64,000 nucleotides of DNA, taken from NCBI RefSeq assembly GCF_022539665.2, contig NC_081334.1, positions 1,178,001 to 1,242,000 on the forward strand. Reading direction: 5' to 3'. Positions 12,686 through 22,600 of this stretch are shown piece by piece. The stretch is from Daphnia carinata. Its lineage: Eukaryota. Below the pieces are notes generated by a model. That model worked only from the letters and a program-made list of their open reading frames with translations, did no database searches and was not told where the DNA came from. Position numbers and translations under genes: made by a program. Each line of letters starts with the position of its first letter. Position 1 is the first letter of the stretch.

Positions 12686-15439
12686 TAGCAGAAAATTTTC
12701 TGCTTTCAAGGGATTCGAAGAGTTTGCAAAATATTATGTCACTAGGATTCCACAGTTTTACGTAATTCAATTGGCAAGAAATTTATACACTAATTCTTTT
12801 ATTTTTCTAAAGGCAGATTCGTAATTATAAAGAATTGGGAAAGAAAATTGACGGAGGCTCAGTGCCAAACAAATTATGGTAGTTGGAATGATTACCGAAG
12901 CTCTTCGGATTCGTTTATTTCACGCGTTATGGTATTTAAAGAAAATAAACGTGTACCTGGGCCCCTTTGTATCTGTGACCCGATTTCCTCTTCACTTGTG
13001 ATAATTCTGCAGCGGGTCATGCAGATACTGCGATCAGCAGAGAAGGTTAGAAGTGCGCTGCCCGGAAAGCAAATTTGGGGTAAAAGAAAAAAACTTATTC
13101 CAACTAGTAAGCCATTTCCAAATTCAACCAACAAAAAGGTACACACTGAGATTTGTTTAACAATTATGTTTCTTTAATTGATTTTAAAATTACGAAAAAG
13201 GTGGAAGGAAAAACTTTGTTCTCAGGTAGTTTTTTAGTTAAAATCCTTTTTGTGTTTATTCATTTTTGAAATTGTTTACTTCATTTTTGAATGGTTCCGT
13301 TCACATTTGTTGTTCATGTGAGATGTTATATTTACCAGTTACTGCATTATATTTACCACTATTGCAAGATGTTTGTTTAGGAATTACTACTGTTTTGTTT
13401 ATCTGGCATGTTGTGTGGGAGTCCATCTGGAATTGCTGGTCTGCAGTAAATTTGTCAGGTATATGTTGACTTTCATCAGCAAAATGTTTGGCACTATTGT
13501 GTTTGATATTCTTGGTATAGGCTAGGTGATGAAGATCAATGAATCAGAAAATGTTTTGCATGGGTGGTGAATGTTCTGACAGTTTTAACAGTTGTGAGGT
13601 GGTGTATTTCACTTCCACGCATCATGGTATTTCTATCTATCAGTTGACTTGTATGGTTAATTTTCTGTTCGTGTAACCTCATTTCCTCTTGACTCATCTA
13701 GTAGAAGTTGGTGACCTGATACAATGAACATGGAAAAATCACCTGCGCCCACGTTGACGATGATACCTGTACCGAAGTGCTGGAAACTAAAATTAATTTT
13801 CTTTACAATTTGGTTTCAGGCTATCTTTATAATTTCTTAATAGTTTTGCGTTTATTGATGAGTCCGCAAGCTCTTAGCTGATTTCCTCCTTTAGATACCG
13901 CCTGTCGACGATTGGACAGCCTCACACAATTAAAGAACGTATGCCAAAAAGTAATTGATTCAATCTAGTGTATGCAATGTATACTAATTACACCATTCAA
14001 ACAATATTGCAGGCCAAAGTGAGCTCTTCCGAGCAGAAAAGTGACGGCGTATCCATTTAATTGAAAATAGGCACAAGATAACGCACAATTAGCGTCCTTG
14101 TCTCAATGGAGAAATTTTGCCGTGGAACTTATAACCGAAATACCATTGCAGCTGTTCAAAAAAAGAAAAGTGTATTATCATACAGATGTTGACTAGCTAA
14201 CAATCCAGAGATACGTCAACTTGCGAAATTTCTAGATGTGTGTGAAGCGCAATCAGCATCCTTGTTGAACTATGAACCCAAATCATGTATTTTCCTAGAA
14301 ATATCTAGGTTTTTGGATAAATAAATAAATAACTGAAAAAATCGGGCTCAAAAACATGTTAAATCGCTATATTTTGAAAATGCCGTTCGTGGTTTTGGTC
14401 GCTGTATTTGTTAAAATAAAATTGAATGGTAGTAGCCAATATGGGGGTGGCGGGGGGGGGGGGGGGTTCACGCTCTTAAAGTATGTTTAAAGAGTTCACA
14501 TTCAGTGCAGTTCCCGTCTCAAAAAAGCAAGATTTTCAATTTTGATGAATTTTTTTGTTGTTAATTGGAAAACAAGATGACGCTGCTGTGCCACTATTTA
14601 CTTGCTGACTGTGTGGGAGCGGTGAAAGCTGTGTTCGAAAGTTTCTGTTAAATATGTCATATTCCAATGGAAAACTTAAGAAAATCTAATGGTGCTTCTG
14701 TACGTTTTCATCCCTGAGTGTGTTTTAGAAGTGAAGCCCACAGAATGCTTGGTGTTTATGGTACATGTCTTTTAATCACCTATGTCAGCTGACAAACCAA
14801 AAAACTATTAGCAACCAACTATGTTGCATCATCAAACTGTACGAGTGCTCATTGAGAGGTATAAGACTAATGTTTTGTTATCAGAATCTCATTGACGGAT
14901 TTTGCTTTTAAGGTTTAGCTCATGAAACTTCATTTGTAAAGAATACTTCCCGTTGAGGAATGTCACCAAAGATGCAAATCCTATGGGTAGGAATACCATA
15001 ATATCATTCTTCTACTCTTTAACCACTCATGGTCTCCTGTCAATCGTGATCTGAGTGGTGCACCATTCTTACTAAGATTTAGAAATTCTTCTCTCATATT
15101 CATCTTCGTTGCAGTGTCAACTGTAACAACAGTCATTTCGGCAGTTGTAATCTCTACTTAGCCTAGCAACAGACATAGACATGTACCTCAACACAATTTC
15201 TACTGGTATTTTAAATTTTTCATATGCCTCATATAGTTAGCTTTTTTATTTAAATTGAACATTCAACCATAGGACTGCCACCTCTTAGCCGTCTGCTGCC
15301 TATTTGCTGGCGCTACAGTTTTTCTAGCCATCGAACAGCAGAAGTAAGTCAAATTGCTTTCAACGTTTGGTTACAACAACAATCTTATATTTCCCACTAA
15401 CTAGTTCTTTTTCTTTACTTTTACGATTTAGAACAAAGC

Positions 15440-15742
15440 CTTCTTCGTCTTCGCCGCGCCCGTCGTCACTTTGCCCGTCATCCCGTCTTCGCTTCGGCCG
15501 TCGTCCCGTCTTCGCTTCGCCCGTCGTCCCCTTTGCATCGCCCGTCGTCCCGTCTTCGCATCGCCCGTCGTCCCGACTTCGCCTCGCCAGTCGCCCCGTC
15601 TTCGCCTCGTGGTCGCGCCGTCTTCACCTCGCCCGTCGCCCCTTCTTCGCCTCGCCCATCGCCCCATCTTCGCCTCGTGGCCACGCCCGTCTTCGCCTCC
15701 CCTATCGCCCCTTCGTCACCTCGTGGTCGCCTCGTCTTCGTG
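15440..15742 (+). repeat. GC-rich degenerate minisatellite, ~20-22-bp unit (ccgtcttcgc(c/t)tcgcccgtcg..)
   Basis: About 14 diverged tandem units are visible; they explain several overlapping spurious ORFs. Confidence 0.9.
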
Positions 15743-15789
15743 GTATGGTTGTGTTTTGTTTTATGTTGTGATTATGTCATGCAAATTAA

Positions 15790-16098
15790 CCCGTTGGCTG
15801 CCACCCACCCACTTTGATCCCCTTTTTTTTGTAGCTTGACAGGGACGGGCCGCGCTGTTCTGCTCCATGGTCTATCTGCCATGGGGTGGAGCAGCGCCAC
15901 TGCCCAAGATTGGCCGAATGGCCCCAAAGGCAATGCACCACAGGGAATCCCTTGATCGAGACGGCGATGCAGACCTGGGATGTGCATTTCCGTAAAGGTC
16001 TCATCGCCGTCTCAGCCCGGCCCACCCGGCCCCCTTGGTCGCTATCCCTTTGATAGCGACAGTAGCTATTGTAGATAGGTGGCGTGGCAGCCAACGGG
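15790..16098. mobile_element. piggyBac-like MITE (309 bp)
   Basis: TIRs cccgttggctgccac / gtggcagccaacggg, flanked by TTAA (15786-15789) and TTAG (16099-16102). CCC termini with a TTAA target are typical of piggyBac. Confidence 0.75.
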
Positions 16099-16247
16099 TT
16101 AGTTTTAAGTGTATTTGTGTATGTATTGTATGTTGTATACTGTATTTTGAAATGTATGTAAAAGTGGTGGATATGTGGGTGGAAGGAGGGACAATAAAAA
16201 CGATTTTACACTATTTACTTTCGTATTTATTATTTAGCTATACAGTT

Positions 16248-16319
16248 GCTGACATGGGGATCGAACCCTAGTATTTTAGCGTGACAACCACACGCTTTAC
16301 CATTATTCCAACCATCAAC
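16248..16319 (-). pseudogene. Degenerate tRNA-like module (GTC at the anticodon-like position)
   Basis: 72 nt; acceptor-like stem GTTGATG/TGTCAGC with wobbles, A-box-like TAATGGTAA, B-box GGTTCGATCCC; poor D and anticodon stems. Confidence 0.55.
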
Positions 16320-16397
16320 TTATGAACAACTAATGTGCATTCAATAATAAGCTAATGGGAATTGCAAATCTATATATGTATCACAATCCTAAACAAC

Positions 16398-16477
16398 GTT
16401 AACAAGAGCAGCTATGGCATAACAGAAGCATACTGGCCTGCGACACAAGAAGTCTGTGGTTCGATCCCCATGTCAAC
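16398..16477 (+). pseudogene. Second degenerate tRNA-like module, divergent from the first
   Basis: Acceptor-like GTTAACA/TGTCAAC and B-box GGTTCGATCCC; its 3' 18 nt are identical to those of the first module. Confidence 0.5.
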
Positions 16478-18582
16478 AAAAGACGAACTGAGCAAGCTAA
16501 ATAAAAAAAAAGTTGATAAACGTAATGTGTGAACACTGCGACAACAGAGAAACAAAGAAACAAATTTTGGGAAAAATATTTTATAAAACAAATTATATTG
16601 ACAATTCTCTGCACATTACAATTATTTTTGCAACTTTAAAAAGGCACAATAGCCCTTTCAAAAGTTGCCGTCAACCCAGGCAGGGGGAGACACTGCCTTG
16701 TTGACCCACCGGGGAGATTACCCGGTGATTGGCTAAGAGAAGCCGGAAGAAGAGCCGAAGATTTGGAACATTTTTACAGGAGCGATTAACCTTTAGTTCG
16801 GATTTGTGGATAGCCACGTCGCCCTCCGTGAACACATCATCGGACTAAGCGGACCCCCACGTCCCCTTTCCGGCCAGAGCCCTCCAAACCTCGGTATATG
16901 TTATTTTTATATATACCGTACAGTAGGGGCATGACCCCCTACGGGCTTATTACGAGTCAAGGGGAAACGGGGCTACGGAAAGGAAGGGAGCCCAGATATG
17001 CACTTCAATTTTTTAAATATAAAATACCGTCTCGGGAATCCGAATGAAGTATAGAAATATCATGTCATCCATCCAATCATTACAATTTATTCAGTGTCAT
17101 GCCCCAACCAAGAATTTTTTCAGATCCAATGTTACTATTAACCTACACTGAGAAAAGAAAAACAACACCATTAAGCATCTCAATTGTTGCTCATGTGACT
17201 TACATGACTCATAGATTCAACTTCTGACAGAAGCTTGGAAAAGGCCATACAAATTGTAGATGAAAATCATTGTAAAAGGCTCTTGAATGATAAAATAACA
17301 CCCGTAGAATGTTGCATTGTTGATAGTTGTGTTCCCAGTATACTAAAAATCCTTTCCTATTGGATAAATTTTTTTTTTTGTAGATGAGACATGGTTGAGA
17401 AAAAGGAGGAGAAAAGCTTCATCATAAATTCAAAAATTTTCAAGAAAATTCCTTTCATACCTAAAGAGTCCATGTATGATGTTCATCGCTGCAATGCCAG
17501 TGAAGTGAAACATCTTTAGGGCCATTTAAGTACCCAGCTTCACCAACACTGAGCGTAAAGGACAAGTTGTTCTTTAGCAAGGGAAGCAGACTTATTTGAG
17601 GCTTCTAGCTGTGACAGAACTATAAAGGATTGCTGTTATACAGGATTCATTCACACAAGATGGTACTTCTCATTAGACAATGTGCATACTCTATTACTTT
17701 ACCTCATACCTTAATGATAATGCACTCTCAGTGTTTTTTCAACTGTAGGCTGACTCTTCCATCCTGTAACACTTCCAGACTTGACTTGATCCCCTGCTAA
17801 AATTCTGTGAATGCAAAATAATAGCATTAAAAATACTTTTTCAATAGACAAAAAACCGAAAAGTACCTAATCAATGTTTTATGTTGAACTCGTGCCATAT
17901 CTCGGTTTCCGTACCACACCCATTTTCGGCCCAAATACGGTCCCACAATTGTTCAATTCCTTCGCTGCATGGACTTATTACTAACGATTCTTTTGGTGCA
18001 GCACTAACAGAATTTAAATTTAACACACTGTCAGGTGGTGGACTGAATAACTAAACAATAAATAATTGTTTGTTAAAATTCTATACTTATTTTGAATTCT
18101 TATTTGAAAAGTTTAGGTACCTGACTGTGTTCGCCTAATGCCAATTCATCCTCATGTTCAGTTAGGGATGAGTTTGGAAAAACCTCCTTCACTGTTTGGA
18201 AACTGTTCTGTTCCAATTTGTTCTTTTCCCTAGCTGAGCTTGTAGACTCAAAATTTGAGCTACAAAACACAAATGAATAAAAGCAAATAAATAGAATCAT
18301 TACATATTAGGCCTTACCATCCTTAGCTTTGCTGTTATCTAATATTTTGTGTTGTTCCAATAATTGGGCCTGCAGCTTCATAATTTGATCTAATAAACAA
18401 TAATTAATAATTGAAAACCAATATAATAATGTTTATACTTACCATCCTTTTGTTGTATTATCTTATCCATTTTTCAATTGTTCCTCCAGCCACGCGTTAT
18501 TCTCTCCATCCACGCTACTGAACTAACTGCGAATGGCATCCAATGGACTGAAATTGCCTACGCCAGTAATAACGAGTCTGAG

Positions 18583-18700
18583 CGGTAGATGGCTACGTGT
18601 CGGGAAAAAAGAAAAAAGTGTGATTTTTTTTTTTTTTTTGCGAAATTTTTTTTTTTTTTTTGTGTAAAACGGATTGCCATAGGTAAAACGGATTGCCATA
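18583..18700 (-). repeat. Inverted homolog of the 7391-7465 block, with tandem gtaaaacggattgccata x2
   Basis: Reverse complement reads tatggcaatccgttttac..A-runs..cttttttc..gccatctaccg, the same motif order as 7391-7462. Confidence 0.65.
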
Positions 18701-19678
18701 ATAGCCTTCCCACTTTTGTCAAAATTGGCGTAAATCAATATCTCTTGAAATTGGACAAAAATCACCCAGAATTACACGCTGATTCTAATTAAGTGATTTA
18801 TTTTCTCGTCAAACGAGCTGTTTTTGAAATAAACGGTAACAATGTGCTGTAGGTGCACCAACTTTATGTTATGGTTTTTTACGTTTATCTGAAAAATCAA
18901 TGGTGGATGCTTGGTCCAATAAAGTAAAATAATGGGATCAACTTCATAATTTAAAAATATTTTTAGGTAATTTTTCATTTTAATGCAAGCCGTTATTTCA
19001 CGTGAACGCCACCCACATTTTCTTCTTAAAACTGTTTTGGCTACCATGAACTTCACTAACATCCTAAGTCGTTTGATTAGCAGCACCGTGGCAAGTGACC
19101 GGGTAAAATTCACGTTTTTCAAACAAGGTTTTTTTAAACCAAATACCTCTCGAATAAAATCTAAGCCGCTATATATGACTTTTTTACGTAGAATAACATA
19201 GAAGTCAACGTCAACAGTACAAAACATATGCAAGAGCTCAAACCGTTTAGTCCTAGCCCAAGATTAATAATGTTAACAAGTGTTTGACTATTTGTTAGAA
19301 TTCACTATTTGCACTGCTTGCAACAATCTTAATTTCAACATGAAATGGAAAAACAAAAACAAACAAAAAACATGGCAAAAAGAACAAGTACTTGAAGATT
19401 TGGCGAATAATTCTAGTACTACGTTCTGGTCATGTTTTCTTTCACGTTTGTGTTTGTTGCTTTGTAAAAATAGAGCAAACTGAACATTCTTGTTGGCAGT
19501 TATACTATTTTGGCACAAAGAAAACCCCAGCAACAAACGTAATTTACCTATAAAAAGCGTTCACGACCAATCTTTTTCGCAAACCTATCGGGCTAGGAAG
19601 TATTATAGCAACAACACACATTTAGACAAACTAACTATAAAAACACGGTTGCATTGGGTGGCGTCCAGTAATTTCAGT

Positions 19679-22600
19679 CTAGGCATACCATGCCCACATA
19701 AAGGCAGACACCGACATGACTAATATGGCATTGGTGTTCACGAACCTAATGAAAATTTCCACATGCATACGATTAGGTTTTCATCATTACAAAACAATGT
19801 ACAATGACATAATTACCTAAACCATTTCGGGTCTTCTTTAATAAACTCACTAGCCATGAGGGCTTCTTGCTTGGGATCGATAACAGCAGTCACCACAGCG
19901 GTAGTATCCTGGGTTACTTTCTGAGTCTCGACGCCACAGAGGCAGTTAATGGCCTTCCTCCAGACAGGCAATTCAACTTTAATGTGCGTTGAATGAAAAA
20001 AAAAAAAAAATTAGTATTAATAATTATGTTACGTGACCATTACAGAAAGCGACAGGTTTCATAAACTGCTAAAATACCTGCATTGTCAACTATTGGCTGG
20101 GGTTCGTTGAGTTCGTTTACTGAGTCGTTGCTTGCTGTAGTCGAAGAATCGGCATTCATTATGGGTGTCGTCTCTTTTTGTGATTTATCAGAATTGTCAT
20201 TGTCTTCCAATATCGATCGAACTTGGGAGCTGTGACGGCTCCAAAATGTAAGACGGTACAACTGCGTTCAAGGCATTTTCATTAGTGCGGTCATCAAATA
20301 ATGACTAGCATTATTAGATTTCTTACATATTTTTCATCAATCGGTTCCGTGATAAGTGAAACGAGTACCGTTGTTACCAGCGATATGACGAACAGAATGC
20401 AACCAAAATGAAGATAGTGAACGTTTCCCACAATCTTCTTGATGACCTCTGGTCGAGGATCAGGCAGACCTAATAAGTGTTTACATCCGATATTAGATTA
20501 TAACAGAAAGCTTGTTGAATTGACGTTTCAATTTCACGTACCTGTGCCACATGGTGGAATAACGTAACCAAACTCCAAACCGAAGCGGATGAGTCCCACA
20601 ATCAATCCTACCATAAGGCCCCAGAAAGCTCCCTGAAAGAAAAAGCAAAAATCCAATTATTGCTGTACATGTGGCAAAACAAGACAACATTTCTGATTTA
20701 AAAAAATTTGTTTAGTATGGGAAATAAGGACTGGTACGAACACCTTTAGTAGCATAAGGCTGGGGAAAATTACAAAATGATAAATGGCAAAGGCTGATAT
20801 TAACACCAGCGTGGTTAGTGATTATAGATTTGCAGATACCTGAAGCGAAAGAAGAATTAATTATTACATAAACCAAAAGACGGTTGATTTTTCTGCAAAT
20901 AGGCCCATGTTTAGCTAAAGCAAACAGGCTGTTAAGTTAACCATTGAATGATTGATCTTATGCGTGCATTTACATCTCTGATATGCGTAATACTACTCAA
21001 AATTCTAAATGGTTCGAGGTTAAGGCTACTCTGTCGTAACTGCTACACGTAGATGATAACGTATCATTTTTTGATGAGACAATTTCGAATATCTACACGT
21101 ACTTAAACTTCAACCACTTAAAATAATGAGCGAAACAAATGCAAGGGACTCGCGCGTTACGTCGAACGTGTCACTCGCGGGTGGGTAATTTAAGTTAGCT
21201 TTAAGATCTATAATTGGCATAGAGGGGTGAATTCTAATTATGAAGAAACCTGTTCATTGGTGCGTGGGATGAAAAAGGCCAGTAAGTACACAGCGCAAAC
21301 GGGTGGTGCTAAATATGATGTAATATTTTGAATGTAGACGAAGAGTTGGCTTCCTTGAGATGCCTGAATCATCGGAATCCACAGGATACTGATGGCTACT
21401 AGGACCAGCACAAAGAGTCTGTAGAAATGATGGCAATAGAAAGTAAGGAAATGATCAGTTACTGCCCGTTTGGGGACTACTCACTTACAAATTAATATTC
21501 CTTAGACTTAGTATATACATATCTGGCATTCCGCAATGGACGTACTTCAATTACGGCGAACAGGAAGTTCAACGAATACCCAATACATCTTAGTATTACG
21601 GTGCGACGAAAGTAGTTGTTTAATGTAATTATTATAGCAATGAAAGAAGCATGAGGCAGAAAATCCATTACGTCTTTTGATATTAAAGCAAATGATTAAT
21701 TAAGCAAAGGACAATGGAGAAGCTGAATAAAACAATGAAGTTAGGTCGAAAGCTATCGGTAATCTAAGGTGGTGAGGAAAGGTAAGTTAGTTTTTCTCGG
21801 GTTTTCCTTTAGCATATAGGCAATTAGTTCCTCAGCTAACATCGGTTATTAATTTTGTTTGTTTGAAGATATTAATGCCTTACTGGTTCATTTGTTCGTG
21901 GCCAAAAGACGGCCAACAAAAACACCGCGCTGACGGGGGGTGATAAGATGTTTTGCACTTGTTGCATATAAGTAAATAATTGTGACCCGGCTACATTTTG
22001 GATGATTGGCACCCACAACACACCGATTGCCACCAGCAACAAGCAACTCACTCTAGGATCACAAGACATGACATTGAAATTACATTAAACAAACAATTCG
22101 TCGTCGCACCCCCGTTGCTTGGCTTTTTTGTCGTCACATAATTTCTTACCAAGTTACATAACCATGTTTATGGTATCATTATGGGCTAGTCTGCCGCGCC
22201 AGAAATCCGTGATCAACAAGATAAGAGTCAAACGAGGATTTTGTTATTTGATTAAACAATTTCTACGCTGACGAAACACTTAATGATCAGCTTTATCATC
22301 GAATGAATAAGCACTAAAATTTATGTAATTTCTCATACGTCGGTGACACTGCAAATTTTCTCTTCGCACCGTATGCATAACGATTAACCAAGTTAGCCAA
22401 AGGAGATGTTGATAACTTATTTTAATCCCTAATAAAATTACCTAATAGGTTTTCGCTTACGACCTAATAGTTCTCTACTTAAGATTTACATGATTACCTT
22501 CCGACGATGAGCAGCTCGATGTCAGAAGGATTTTTCCGAATCCGAGTCCAGATGTCCATAGTGAAAATAGTTGACGATGAGTTGAAAATCGAAGTCAAAG

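Noticed and set aside
14440..14480. G-run ending in ttcacgctc-TTAA as a possible Sola3/Kolobok-type terminus
   Set aside because: No matching opposite terminus was found in the window.
13250..15350. Exon-like degenerate fragments
   Set aside because: Interrupted by stops; no family recognisable by eye.
15440..15742. Possible CRISPR-like array
   Set aside because: Units are contiguous and degenerate with no unique spacers, and the context is eukaryotic.
15367..15839. Five overlapping Arg/Pro/Ser-rich ORFs
   Set aside because: Artefacts of a stop-poor GC-rich minisatellite.
17050..18550. Degenerate exon-like segments, possibly a transposon gene remnant
   Set aside because: No diagnostic transposase motif could be established.
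21254..21436. ORF-track peptide [11 protein letters not shown]...
   Set aside because: Wrong reading frame of SLC5A exon B, not an independent gene.
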